Part shown: piece after piece, positions 13,640-28,010 of the stretch
Position numbering within the stretch: position 1 is the first letter of the stretch
Layout of the letters: every line of letters begins with the position of its first letter
Assembly (NCBI GenBank): GCA_951406725.2
Contig: OX597816.1
Location: 5,580,001-5,644,000 of the forward strand
Direction of reading: 5' to 3'
DNA from: Octopus vulgaris
Taxonomy: Eukaryota
Length of the DNA: 64,000 nt
Notes under the pieces: generated by a model
Databases searched by the model: none
Seen by the model: the letters and a program-made list of their open reading frames with translations, nothing else
Told to the model about the DNA's origin: nothing
Translations under genes and position numbers: made by a program

Positions 13640-14544
13640 CCTGCCACCAACGCGAAGACATTCTAATTTATCTCCACAAACAAGGGTTGCAAAGAAAATT
13701 GTCTCTATTCGTGGTCAGGAAAGCACACATCAGCAATGCCCAAACGTACAATACTTCAAAAGATCACCAACGGTGGAAGATCTGCTCCAAACTACACTTA
13801 TTGTCTGGGATAAATGCACAATGGCAGACCGCGGTGCACTAGAAGCCCTTAGAGAGGTCACTGAGGGGTATTAGAAACAATACTGCCATTACGGAGGCCA
13901 TAACTGATGTCCTCGCATGGGATTTCCGTCATATATTACCAGTCATACCACAGGGTACGCGATCTGACTAAATCTATGCGTGCCTGAAATCTTTACCTTT
14001 GTGAAGGTTTCTTTGTCAGCCTTCATTAAGCAAGAATATGCGAGCTCGTCTCTACAACGAAGAATATTCTCATCAACTTCTACAAATTGGAAATGGCGCA
14101 TTAACGTTGAATAACACCCTGCAGCAGCATGTACTGCAATGTGGGCACATGGTGTCCACATTGACCGAGCTTAAGGAAAAGGCATTTCCCACGTTGTCCA
14201 ACAACTTCAAAAACATAGCATGGCTCGCAAAGAGAGCGATTTTAGCACTTCGGAATGAAAGCATTGATAAAGCATTACATGAACGCCTCAACATTCTACC
14301 GGGAGATGCTTCAACGTTTGTCTCCATTGATACTACCATCGACGAACATGCCACTCTTCAGTGTCCAGTTGAAATTCTCAACTCTCTACAACCCACAAGA
14401 TTGCCACTTCATAAGTCGTTCCTAGAGAACTATCAATGCTCTTGAGGAATTTCGACCCACCACGGCCATGCAATGGTACAAGATTAACTGTAACTACAAT
14501 GACAAGTCATGTCCTAGAAGGAACCCTTACTGCTGGCTGCCATT

Positions 14545-14585
<41 letters not shown>

Positions 14586-14810
14586 GCATACATTCCACGC
14601 ATGGCCCTTATTCCCTTAAATGTGCCATTTCAATTCAAGCGCCTCCAATTCCCAATGCGATTGTGCTTTGCTTTGACAATCAACAAAGCCCAGGGTCAAA
14701 CTTTAAAACATTGTCGGCCTCAATTTACAAATACCCTGCTTTTTTCACGGACAACTATATGTCGCATTCTCTCGAGTTAGCAGTGCAGATGACTTGTATA
14801 TTTATTCTTC
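13640..14810 (+). pseudogene. Helitron RepHel PIF1-like helicase relic
   Basis: Motifs LIVWDKCTMA..ALEAL, VLAWDFRHILPVIPQG, NMRA..LLQIGNG, WLAKRAILA, PVEILNSL, MLLRNFDPPRPCNGTRL, FKRLQFPMRLCFALTINKAQGQT; frameshifts and an (AG)n insertion. Confidence 0.92.
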
Positions 14811-15447
14811 TTAGCACTAGACTTATACAAAACATAGTTTACCCAGGAGCATTGTCGGCTTCACATAACATATGTTGAAGTGTGCAATCTGTCCAAGCTT
14901 TAAACAGATGGTGCTTTTCACAATGAAGCATCTTTCTTTCCATGTACCTTACTTTCTGCAATACGGATACCTCTACGTCCCTAAATGTCGGTCATTTGTG
15001 TGTGTGTGGGGGGCAATGTTAAGATTTCGTTCTAATCTAAGCTGCCATTTTACATGATTTTGGTGTCAACAATTTCTGCATTGTTCATCATAAAATGACC
15101 GAAAAACATGTTTATAAACAAGAGTTATTTGCTACACACTCCACGTGTGTCGATTCCGCCCGTAAGTAACAAACAAATAATACAATATGGCTGTAGGTCA
15201 TAACACGTTGGCAGGGTAACACAAAGTAACAAATGGGAAAAGTTTCTAAAATCTCTATAAGGGATGTAAGTTGTAACTTTACTGAAAAGTAAGGTTTGTT
15301 GCCACTTCAACATGGCTGTTCTGTGAAGAACAATGCCACTCCTCCTTTTCAATCCGAGAATACCTTCTCCAGTTGGTTAACGACACAATTTGTCTTATAT
15401 TTTACAAGCAGGGGAGCAAACTCCTAACAACTATCGATTTCACAGGG

Positions 15448-15495
15448 CCGGTAGACTAGCCTGGTTTCAGGGTATTTGCCCTTCGTCAGCACTGG
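15448..15495 (-). ncRNA. type I hammerhead ribozyme motif
   Basis: CCAGTG-CTGACGA-AGGG-CAAATA-CCCT-GAAAC-CAGGCTA-GTC-TACCGG: intact core, 4-bp stem II, 5/6 stem I, GUC site. Confidence 0.75.
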
Positions 15496-15861
15496 ACAGC
15501 TGTCCGCTAGAGATCGCAGTCGTTCACCCCTGAACCCAATATCGCTTGAAGGTAGGGTTTCGCTTCTCTGCTTGCAATATATCGGAAACAGGTTGTGTCG
15601 TTAACGAGCTACAGAAAGTGATTTTCTGGGGTTAAAAAATAGTAATATATATCAACTAACAAAATTCAGTAGTTTTAGTCGGTGAATATATTTATATAAC
15701 CGCTTAATACCCTTAGAATTACACTTGTCTGTATTGGAATACAATGTCATCTGATAGCCGAATGCGTTAGAGACGCTTTCAACAACGATAGCCACACGAT
15801 TCTCTGAATCCATATCTTATATTCTTATACTACAACTTTATGTGTGTATATGTACATACAT

Positions 15862-15944
<83 letters not shown>

Positions 15945-15945
15945 C

Positions 15946-16132
15946 CGGAGTAAACACATAAATGTGAAACAAGGTGGAAAAAAGAGTACTCAAATACCAG
16001 GGGTATAGTAATATGCTTTATTTAAAAACAGCAGAAATTCAAGAAAACCTGTTACACTGAGTTTCACGTTCCCGTTCGTCGGGAACGTGAAACTCAGAGT
16101 AACAGGTTTTGTTGAATTCCTGCTGCTTTTAA

Positions 16133-16138
<6 letters not shown>
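15946..16138. mobile_element. palindromic Penelope-like terminal insert between (TA)n tracts
   Basis: Arms 16017-16069 and 16081-16138 are inverted and carry the 3' half of a hammerhead; same family as 21403-21652. Confidence 0.7.
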
Positions 16139-16216
<78 letters not shown>

Positions 16217-16263
16217 TAAACTTTTGATTAATCTGCAACAAGATTATTCATCTTTCTATTTCA

Positions 16264-16298
<35 letters not shown>

Positions 16299-17085
16299 GT
16301 GTGTGTGTGTGTGCATGTATACACACACACACACATATATATACAAATATATATATACACTTATGGCATTATGTATATATATTTATATGCAATATATGTA
16401 TCGAATATAACGAAGGTATTTTTAATGTAAAGCATTTTAGCAGATATCTCACAAATATTTAAAATAAAATTATGTGAAAAATATCTCAGTAAACATATAG
16501 GGATGTTGATATATTTTCTATACCCATAATATGTTAATTACGCCAATTATTGCAGGTTATTCTGTTTATTATCTTCGGTGACTCTCTCAATTATTCCCAG
16601 TGACTCTGAGTGTTAGCAGTAGCGTGTTATCTACTGCAACATGTCACATGCTTGGGTTATTGGCGATTAAACTGTCACTCTGAAGGAGGGTTGCTGGAGA
16701 CTCAGAAACGTAATGATGGCTAAACCGAGATTATATTGGGAAATAACATACTAGCATATTAAGGTAAATATATGCACACGTTTTAGGAATATATTCGCCT
16801 GATACAACACCGTTTTTCAAGTAGTCTTAACTGTTGAGATGCTTCCAACGGCCATTAGAATAGGAAGCATCGCCGATAAAATTATGTTTTATATATAAAG
16901 AACTGAAATGTAGAAATGAATGCTGGAATGGAACGGAGAGAATCGTAAATATTAAAATTTGTTAATAGTTTTACAAAACCTCCGCAAAAGCGCCATTATA
17001 AACCAGGCTAACACGGAAGAATTAGATTAACAGAGAAATTATCACTTTTATATAAATATGAATATATTTGAAATATATATATATA

Positions 17086-17340
17086 GGTGTGGCTGTGTGG
17101 TAAGTAGCTTGTCTACCAACCGCATGGTTCCGGGTTCAGTCCTGCTGCATGTCATCTTGGGCAGGTGTCTTCCACTATATCTTCAGATTAACCAAAACCT
17201 TGTGAGGAGATTTGGCAGACGGAAACTAAAAAGCTTCTGTCGTATATATATATATGCGGTCGATAAATAAAGTACTAGTTTCGCACTGGGGTGGATGTAA
17301 TCGACTTAATCCCTTTGTCTGTTCTTCTTTGTCCCCTCTA
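17086..17340 (+). mobile_element. SINE family A 5' part joined via (TA)n to a family C tail
   Basis: GGTGTGGCTGTGTGGTAAGTAGC... then GGTCGATAAATAAAGTACTAGTTTCGCACTGGGG. Confidence 0.75.
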
Positions 17341-18138
17341 TAAAGAAAAATATATATATTTCGTTGTTTTTATGTTAAACTGTCGTATGTCCAAATTCAA
17401 CCAAATGCGTTCTTTTCTCCAATGTTTAGTTTTGCTTGCAATAACCGGTTCTTTTGGTCAAACTATCGTATCTCCAGTTACTTCAGATGCCAAGTTTTGG
17501 TATGGAATATTATCTTATTTCTTTCTAGGTTATAAGAACAGACAATCACACATACGCAAAAGGAGACTGAAACACATGACCATATATATACACACACTTT
17601 ACTCCACACAAGGACGCATATGGAGACACGGGTCCACACATATAGAGATGCACATTCGTACATACAAACATGGTACATAGTTGCATAACACATGTACACA
17701 CAAGGAGACAGAGGTACATACATATACGAACACATGCTCACACACACACATACATAGAAAATACACAAACACGGACATGCAAGCACATAAATATGCAGGA
17801 TACATACATACAAATGCACCCAGATACATACGTACATGCATGCATACATAGGCACACGCACACACACACACACACACACACTGACCCACACACATGCGCA
17901 CAAACAAACAAAAAGGAACGCAGTGTAAATAACGGAGAGAGTCAAGATTATTGAAAAGGTTGCAAGACGCAACGAACATTTTAGAAAATAAAAATAAGAA
18001 ATAAGTGGAAATTTTACCTGTGAGTGTCTTAAATAATAAGGCACAAAAAGAAAACGACTCTCCCCAGACACAACAGAATATTCTTCAACACACGAACTCA
18101 TATAAAGAATCTTGCAAACCAAATCCAAAAACGAAATC

Positions 18139-18174
<36 letters not shown>

Positions 18175-18228
18175 TAAGTTAGACATGGCCTGGGCCAATA
18201 CTGGCCGAAATCCATCAAAATATCAAAG

Positions 18229-18301
<73 letters not shown>

Positions 18302-18352
18302 ATATATTGATATGTTTCGGCCAGTATAGGCCCAGGCCATGTCTACCTTTAT
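18175..18352. repeat. inverted repeat flanking a (TA)n tract
   Basis: AGACATGGCCTGGGCC.ATACTGGCCGAAA versus TTTCGGCCAGTAT.GGCCCAGGCCATGTCT. Confidence 0.85.
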
Positions 18353-18854
18353 AGCACCACCAGGTAAAGCCATTCAAATCACGAATCGTACGATATAATT
18401 CTATACACGCATATGGGTGGATGGGCGCGTGCGTGTATGTGTGTGTGTGTATGTATGGCATTGTTCAGTTTTATTTCAAGACTTCTTGCCAATAAAGAAA
18501 GTGCCGGTTTCTAACCTAGATCCAAGGCTCCTTCATTGGAATTCCAATATCAACAACAGGGTGTTTTTCTTTGATTGTATGTATGTATGTATGTATGTAT
18601 GTTTGTATGTATGTATGTTTGTATGTATGTATGTATGTATGTATGTATGTATGTATGTATGTATGTATGTATGGATCTTTGGTTGGGCTGGAGGGTCGCA
18701 GTCGATCACAGCACCAGTAACAGTTAAGCTTCGTGCAATGGCCATACTCGATAACGAGGAGGCAGCCATAATAATGTATGTATGTATATATGTATGTATG
18801 TATGGAATTCTTAGAAATGTACTCTTGCCTGCGAAAGTGCAAGTGTATGTGTAC

Positions 18855-18905
<51 letters not shown>

Positions 18906-19669
18906 ATATCCATACATAACACACACATGTATATACGTATGTATTTATCCATAAATATCCGCGAAGGACTCGTCTACCTATTTGCATATCGTATCTCAGT
19001 TATTTCCGCCAAAATGTATTTATGGTACTCATATTTTATATCATCAACCAAAAACAGCGTTATGTGTAGTGATAGTCGCCCGAAAATATTTCGAAAATGG
19101 TTAATTTTTGCGCAAATCAATTTCTACACGTCCAAACACAATTCTTTGCACTGGTTTATCTTCCATGTAACTCTATTACTGACTGCTTACATCGAATAAT
19201 GGCTTCCTTTTTATTGTCTATACTCTTTCCTTCTTTTTTTTTCTATCTCCCTAGATTCTCTTTCACTCCAGTTCATTTATGTTTACACCTCATGCACACA
19301 GACACACTCCGTAAAAACATATTTAAGCATATGTACAAATGCGTACATGTGTGTGTGTGTGTGTGTGTGCGTGCGTATATTACACACATGATGAAGTACC
19401 ATTCTCTGTTTTTATGAATAACTTCGTTTTTATTTGAACATTATTTTCTCTTCCTTGACACACATGCATATATGTATACATATATATATATATATATATA
19501 TACATACAAACACCCAAAGAAGCACATACACGCATGTATATATTTGCATGTATGTGTCTGCCTGTCTGTATGTATATGTGTATGTATGTACACACACACA
19601 CATATATATATATATATACACTTATATATACATGCATATATAGATTTATACACACATATATATATACAT

Positions 19670-19731
<62 letters not shown>

Positions 19732-20391
19732 TATACAATATGTATATATATATATGTATGTATGTATATATACATATATCTGTGCTTGTGTGCGCGTGAG
19801 AGAATGATAAAGCATATGTCAGTGTGCATGTTTATAATAACATTCACGATAACGCTGGAACCGAATCAAAGAACATGAAGGACTTACTATCAGTTTAGAA
19901 AATCTCGTATATATTTTTTTTTGTTCTAGTTTACATCATTTCAGTTTTTCGAGTTTCATCTGCCTTCCTTGCATCACAGAATCTTCGGTCGAAAAGGGCT
20001 GCTGGAGTGTGTGTTACTAGCAGTCAATATTTATTAGCATGATTGTTATGGTAGTCCTTGGAGATTAAAATAGTTCGTTTATCTATATTTAACCTGTCTC
20101 GATAGTAGAGTTGAAATTAGAAAGACCTTCTTCTGATACCGGCACTTCGAAATAAACTCATCTGTTTGACGCGTCTGATATTTCGATGACCCTAAAATAT
20201 ATTTGCCATTGAGGTGTTCACGGTTTTTTTAAACCATATGTCCCCATTTCTGAAGTGCTTTATATACCATGAGATTTTACAAATTTCAGTTAACTCTTTT
20301 GTTATAACTTTTTGTGGTTTGGCATTCTGCACGATATATTTTGTCTATTGGAGGCCATATTTTTTGTGTGTATAAGAAATATTCACATTCC

Positions 20392-20950
20392 ACAGAACTT
20401 GAGGCGATCTAACGAAGCTACACGAAGAAGATAGCCTCTGTGCAGCATATAAGCTATTGGGAAAGACTCAAGAGATTGAGACTCTATTCCTTAGAGCGTA
20501 GGCGAGAAAGATATGCCATAATATACATCTGGAAGATCCTAGAAGGACTTGTCCCAAACTTTGGCATCGAGAGTTACACAAATGCCAGAACTGGGCGCCA
20601 CTGCATAGTGCCAAGGACTCCAAATTTGCCATCAAGATGTAGGACAAGATACTGTGATAGCCTGGGCTTCCGAGGCCCACAGCTCTTCAGTATCCTCCCG
20701 AAGAACCTAAGAGACCTGCATGGGTTGGATGCAGATGTCTTTAAAATGAAACTGGATCTCTTCTTGTCAGGTGTCCCAGATGAACCAACTTCACGGCAGG
20801 AGGTGCAGATGAGGGAAGCTGCATCGAACTCTCTCATGCACCAGATGGCATTTGCTAAAAAGCATTCGTGAAGTAAAATCATGCAGCAACACCAAATGGC
20901 GGTGCCCCAGCATGGCCACAGCTTGTGAGCTGAAACTAAATAAAATAAAA
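20392..20950 (+). mobile_element. 5'-truncated CR1-group LINE 3' end (ORF2 C-terminus plus 3' UTR)
   Basis: SYWERLKRLRLYSLERRRERYAIIYIWKILEGLVPN...GPQLFSILPKNLR...FKMKLDLFLSGVPDEP; ends in a stem-loop and an A-rich tail. Confidence 0.9.
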
Positions 20951-21364
20951 AATAATATAAAAAAAACATTCATTTCTATATATTCTAAGTGGATGGGTAT
21001 TTCTGGGAAATTAAACCTAAGCCCAGTAAATCAAGTTCACAGCATTCCAAATGCCTCCCAAAGTAGACACAACTTTACTCTTACCTTTGCAGATCAATTC
21101 TCTACAAACATAAAACTATGGTTTTGGATAATTCTCCACAAAACTGGCTTTGTCATTTTAGGCATAATTAGTTATTTCAAGACGCCAAATAGCCGCGGTC
21201 ATGTTTTCCCATTTCATAATTTACTCCTAACATTTCACAGTGACAAGTTTGCAATACTTGTCCCATGTGAAAGAAATAATCCCGAATCTCTTGAAAGACC
21301 TTGTTGCCTATGTTTTATTAGTCTACCTTGAGGTAGTACATTCATTACAAGTATACAGTACTTA

Positions 21365-21396
<32 letters not shown>

Positions 21397-21402
21397 AACT
21401 TT

Positions 21403-21652
21403 ATAATTACTAAAGCTGCAAAAACATCACAAAAAATTATACTCAGAGTTTTACGTTCACGTTCGTTGGACAGTTTATATTGAGATTCTTAATCTAAACT
21501 GTCTGACGAACGGGAACGTGAAACTCTGAGTGGCAGGTTGTGTGATATTTTTGTGGTGTTTTTGCGGTTTTAATAATAATAAAGCATATTACTCTACCTC
21601 CGGTATTCGAGTACTATTTTTCCCCACCTTGTTTCGCACATATGTTTTTACT
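21403..21652. mobile_element. palindromic Penelope-like terminal insert with hammerhead motif at 21497-21539 (+)
   Basis: CTGT-CTGACGA-ACG-GGAA-CGT-GAAAC-TCTGA-GTG-GCAG; inverted degenerate copy at 21441-21476; flanked by (CA)n and (TA)n. Confidence 0.75.
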
Positions 21653-21655
21653 TTC

Positions 21656-21726
<71 letters not shown>

Positions 21727-21774
21727 AAACGATCTAGTTTATCCAATGAACGAAACGGGCGGCTCCTGTCCCTG

Positions 21775-21972
21775 AAATTAACGGGGGAAATGGTTGAGCA
21801 CTCCATATACACGCGTGACACAGACTGGCCCTTTGAATTTCTGGTACAACTCACTTTGCAGCAACGTGAAATAAAGTGTTTTTATCAGAGACATAACGGA
21901 CCGCCGTGTATTGAACTCCTGACCTTACAATGGTGAGCCGAAGAACCTTCACCACTAAGCCACGCGCCTTCA
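21775..21972 (-). mobile_element. degenerate SINE (head and core like 8309, tail like 4312)
   Basis: Head GAAGGCGCGTGGCTTAGTGG; shares GCGTGACACAGA..CTGGCCCTTTGAA with 4312-4695. Confidence 0.7.
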
Positions 21973-22283
21973 CGGAAACGATACTATTGAATATGATACC
22001 ACATTAAGTGAGGATGCTGGTTATCATTTATTTCTTCAACTTTTCCTCGCTTATTATATTTTCTCCGCAGACAAGTCAGGGTTCCTTCTTATACCAGCGT
22101 TCATAACATTTACCTCGATTCCAATGCCTGCTGTTACCATGGTAACGTGCCTGGAGAATGATCGGTTATTTTATTACTACTACTACAACAACAAATATAA
22201 AATAAACAGACTTTCTAGCAGGCCACATTATTACGCCTCTCTTCTCTATCTCTCCCTCTCTCCCAAGCTGTCTAAATGCATGT

Positions 22284-22319
<36 letters not shown>

Positions 22320-22475
22320 GCGTGTGTGTGTGTGTTTTACGTGGTTTCACATAGGAGAGCGCATGGTTGTGAGTGTTATTAACTTACATGTAATTCTGCA
22401 ACGTACTTTTCAGCTGTTTTATTTTCTGCTCTCTACCACAGATTCTATTTTCATTTTTGCTTCCCCTGCTTGAAA

Positions 22476-22489
22476 CACACAAACACACA

Positions 22490-22545
<56 letters not shown>

Positions 22546-22658
22546 GAGTCACACACTTACACAGACACACACACACTCACACACACGCTCACACACACAC
22601 ACTCACACACACACACTCACACACACACTCACTCACACACACACACAAACACACACAA

Positions 22659-22689
<31 letters not shown>

Positions 22690-22860
22690 CACACACTTAC
22701 ACACACACACACTCACACACACACTCACACACACACACACTCACACACACACACTCACTCACACACACACACAAACACACACAAACACTCACACATACGC
22801 ACACACATACACACGCACACACACACACACATAAACACACACAAACACACACACATGCGC
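22476..22860. repeat. long degenerate (CA)n
   Basis: Direct reading. Confidence 0.95.
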
Positions 22861-23002
22861 ACCGGCACATGCTCGCGCACAAAAGCATACTTAAGCATTC
22901 ACAAACATACCCAATCAACACGCATCTATGTATATATAAATGTATCGATATACACATGTATAATAATTATATATACTCTCATAAGTAAATAGTTCAGGAT
23001 AT

Positions 23003-23054
<52 letters not shown>

Positions 23055-23258
23055 ATGTATGTATATATCCTGAACTATTTACTTATGTATGTATATAGCC
23101 TGAACTATTTACTTATATATATATATATATATATATATATAACATACATACATAAATACGTACATGCGCACATACATACAGACATGCACACATGCGTACA
23201 CATACGTACATAAATATGCACATATATATATGTGTGTGTATATATATACATATGAATT

Positions 23259-23335
<77 letters not shown>

Positions 23336-23662
23336 TATATGTATGTATATATATATATGTATGTATACATACATGCACACGCATACACACACGCACACAC
23401 ACATACACACACTAGATTTCAAGGAGACTGTTTCCTTTACGCTTCGGCGAGTGTTAGTACAATGGAAGCTTGCGGTTTGTTGGTTTAACATTAGAAGAGA
23501 AATGGCGGAATGAAAAATGTCAAATGTTTCACTGGGCCCTTATTGAAATGTTATGCGGTTGTTATTTGTTTCACTTAACACACACCATGCCATCTCTGCT
23601 TTACCTTTGTACACTTTGTAAATACACGCATACATATATTGATGCATACATACATAAATATA

Positions 23663-23708
<46 letters not shown>

Positions 23709-23777
23709 TAAAACGGTAAGATAACAAAAGAAAGAAAGAGACCTCAATATTATGTAAATAGAGGAAATTTATAAAAT

Positions 23778-24088
<311 letters not shown>

Positions 24089-24431
24089 TTTGTTCCACGT
24101 CCTCGCGTTGTGTTTATTTGTGCTTTCTTGTTTGGATTAACTATATATATATATATGCGCGTACACACACACACACGCGCGCGCATACATAAACGCCTGA
24201 ACGTGTATTTGTGCGCGTGTGCGTGGCATGAATCTGAAAACCTGAATCCAAGGAGACTAGCGGCAATCCCTGTCAGTAATCATTGTATTTATTGGCTAAG
24301 TTTCATCTTTTCTACATCCATGCGCTGTTCATATGCTGCTTGGGTGTGGATTTCTAAGCTTTTGTCCATAAATCTTATTCATTGCGAGAGAAAAACATTT
24401 GCCTTCGGCCTGACAGTTTTTCTGGTGAATT

Positions 24432-24669
24432 AAGGCGGCGAGCTGGCAGAAACGCTAGCACGCCGGGCAAAACGCCTAGCGGTATTTCGTCTGTCGTTAC
24501 GTTCTGAGTTCAAATTCCACCGAGGTTGACTTTACCTTTCATCCTTTCGGGATCGATTAAATAAGTACCTGTTACGCACTGGGGTCGATACAATCGACTT
24601 AATCCGTTTGTCTATCCTTGTTTGTCCTCTCTGTGTTTAGCCCCTTGTGGGAAGTAAAAGAAATAGGTA
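24432..24669 (+). mobile_element. full-length monomeric SINE family C
   Basis: GGCGGCGAGCTGGCAGAA...GAGTTCAAATTCC; 13-bp TSD TTTCTGGTGAATT at 24419-24431 and 24670-24682. Confidence 0.92.
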
Positions 24670-24951
24670 TTTCTGGTGAATTCTCCCTAGTGTTTGTGGT
24701 CGCTGACTGTTTCGGCTTTTATTAATCGATGGACAGTCGGAAAATATGTAGAGAGAGAGCATATGGAGACGCCTATTTGGGTGTGGTTGTGAAATAGGGT
24801 GATATTAACTGAAATATTCCGAAGGTTTTTATTCGTTTTGAAGGAGAGGAGAAATGGTATGTGATAAGGATTTGCGATTTTATGAGATCATACAAGATAA
24901 ACTGGATGCTTCGGAAAACTGTGTACTTAACTGAGACAACATTCAAGCATA

Positions 24952-25366
24952 GGCGCAGGAGTGGCTGTGTGGTAAGTAGCTTGCTTGCCAACCTCATGGT
25001 TCCGGGTTCATTTCCACTGCGTGGCACCTTGGGCAAGTGTCTTCTACTATAGCCTCGGGCCGACCGAAGCCTTGAGAGTGGATTTGGTAGATGGAAACTG
25101 AAAGAAGCTCGTCGTATATATGTATATATATGTTTGTGTGTATGTGTTTATGTGTTTGTGTTTGCCCCCCCCCCCCCCCCAACATCGCTTGACAACCGAT
25201 GGTGGTGTGTTTACGTCTCCGTTACTTAACGGTTCTGCTAAAGACCCCGATAGAATAAGTACTAGGCTTACAAAGAATAAGTCCTGGGGGTCGATGTGCT
25301 CGACTAAAGGCGGTGCTCCAGCATGGCCACAGTCAAATGACTGAAACAAGTAAAAGAGTAAAAGAG
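24952..25366 (+). mobile_element. full-length SINE family A with CR1-like tail
   Basis: tRNA-like head, internal microsatellite, tail GGCGGTGCTCCAGCATGGCCACAGTCAAATGACTGAAACAAG(TAAAAGAG)2. Confidence 0.92.
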
Positions 25367-25764
25367 ATTATACTGGATATCGTTTACCCTAAAGCTTTAT
25401 GCCTGCGAGTCTGTTCCACATCCACCAGTTATATCCATTTGAAATGCAAGTTGATTTACTATCACTCGCCTCTTAGTATGGTAGATACCAATTTAAAGTG
25501 TGAAGAGGGGGTAACAGGAACTACCTTTTTCTGCTGGATGATCATAAGAATATGTGTAAATGTTTCTTATTAAGAAGAGCGAGTCAGCCTGATGTTTAAT
25601 ACATCTACAAACAAATACTAAAACATGAATTCGAACGCAGACCCGTAAGATAATGAGACACTGGTTAGTTTAACAACGGTCCCAATGATGTCAATGACGA
25701 GTAGAAGAACTGTGTTAAAACAATTTAGTGTCACGTGTATTGAAGCATTGGGGAATATTTTCTA

Positions 25765-26121
25765 CTAGCAGTATCGACCGGCGTTGCTCGGGTTTGTTTC
25801 GACCCTTTAGAATTGGAATTTTTGAAAAGTAAAAATTTTGCATTATGTAGCTTCTTATTCTCTTGAAGTGAACATTTTTCTGGTTGAAATACACCGAAAA
25901 ATGGCGAGACAGCAGTCAAAAATTATTTTTGATGTAAATAATTTTTGGTGTTAACATGATCCCATTTGAATTTTTTCTTCAACGGAAGGAAGAGCAAGCC
26001 TTCTTCTATCATACTCTCAATTTTGGTCAACTTGCGCCGCAGGGTCTCGGAGGAGATAGTGTTAGTTGAAGACTACCAAAACTGCCATACACAGACAACT
26101 TCAGCTTTATAAAGAGAGAGA
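25765..26121 (-). mobile_element. non-autonomous Helitron, subfamily 2
   Basis: 5' A|TC; 3' hairpin plus CTAG|T shared with subfamily 1; body homologous to 58608-58974. Confidence 0.82.
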
Positions 26122-26592
26122 TTTAACACAGACACAGCGAAGTAATACGGACATTAAAACGTAACGTTAAGATTTTTGCGACATTCCTGCAGCTAATCAC
26201 TTTCGGTAAGAGCCGAGTTCCGGCATTAAATAACTGCTAGTGTTTTTTTTTTTATGGATATGTTTGCTGACATTACATCCAGTTAATGGGAAAATATTTG
26301 ACCACGGTTTTATGATAAAAGAAAAATATCATTTGTATCGTTTTGACTTAATTTTCTGTAGACTCCACTTAACAATCGATGCTATTAGAGCGAAGTTTCG
26401 CCGATGAAATTTTGTTTCAAGACCAAATACCAAACTGTATTTTTTATGATAACAATCTCGTTTTATGGTGGCTACGTCTATTATTGAATATTTTTAATCC
26501 AGTGGTAAATGTCAGGGGCATTAACACGACAATAATAACAGCGCAAAAACAAGTAATGATCAGAGATAAACTACAGAAACTTTCAACATTTC

Positions 26593-26623
<31 letters not shown>

Positions 26624-27376
26624 TTATAATCATTTTCATCATGTTTATGTTGAGTTTTACTTCAATGTTGTTTCCATTTCTTCTCGACTGTCTTCCCGAC
26701 ACCTAGGACAACGAAATTCACTATATACACTGTTAAGCCATTAAAACAAACGAATCAGGTTGTTATTGACAAATAAGGTTAGATTTTTTTTAAATATTTA
26801 CATGAGTGATAATCGTTCTCACTTAATACGTACGATGTACCAGTTAAAACGTTGTTTTGCACTTCTTGCAGGAATGGTACGCCAGGGATCATTCTCAGAT
26901 AATTTTCCTTTTTTGATCATTTTAAGTGTTCCTACAATCACCGAGTGGTAGACAACTGTTTCAAAAGTTTCATAAAACACTCAGAGCTGAACGAATCGTA
27001 AGCAAATAAAAGCCTAAGTTCCCTGCTTCCTTTTTCGAACTCTCCGTATACTTTACTCTCCAACAAGCTTTGTAACCTTGTAATTCCCTTCTTTATGTCT
27101 TTAATATTTCTCTTTTTCTCTTCACCTCTCACTTCCACTAACCACATGACTGACAGCATAATGCATCAGCTGGCTATCTGCTTTCTCACATCCCCTCTTC
27201 CTCTCTCTTTCTCACTCAATTTCCTCCCAATCCTCCTCTTACTCTCTAACAAACTAAAGCGCAAAGTGTGAACAAATATGTAGAAGAATAATATTATAGA
27301 TTTAGTTCAATAAAAAAAATAAGTTTCACTATCAACATACCATCATCCTGCCCCCCCCCCACCAACTCTATCACCT

Positions 27377-27412
<36 letters not shown>

Positions 27413-27906
27413 CTATAGTTATGAGGAACAAAGCTCATTTCATTTCAGTTCATCCGTTTGTTTATATTTTTTCTTCCTGTCGATCTTTATTCTGACAATG
27501 CAAACGCTACCTGCTGCCTATGCCTCTTTCTCTGTGTTTCTCTTTCTCCCTGTCTCCCTCCCCCCTCTCTCTCTCTCTCTTTCTCACTTGATGTAACTAC
27601 CTATCTCTCTCTATTTGCCTTTCTTTAACCTCACCACCAGAACACTACCCTCTCCTAAATACTGTCTCCTAAACATATCTCTTTCTCTTCACCTCTCCCT
27701 CCTCATCCTACAACACTTCTCTCTCCCCCTTTCTCTCACCCTTCCCCTCTGCCTTTAAATAATTACGTGACACATTTGGCCTTATTATGCATCTTTTTCT
27801 ACTTCACTTCCTTTTTCTCTCACACACTCCGCCTCCACCCCTCGAACTAAAGTATAACGGGCCAACGAACATGGAGAATTATTATATAAATTATTATCAT
27901 TATTTT

Positions 27907-27945
<39 letters not shown>

Positions 27946-27959
27946 TGGTAGTGATAGTG

Positions 27960-28009
<50 letters not shown>

Positions 28010-28010
<1 letters not shown>

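Noticed and set aside
26884-26900. CAGGGATCATT resembling U3 snoRNA box A
   Set aside because: Short match only; no other U3 boxes seen
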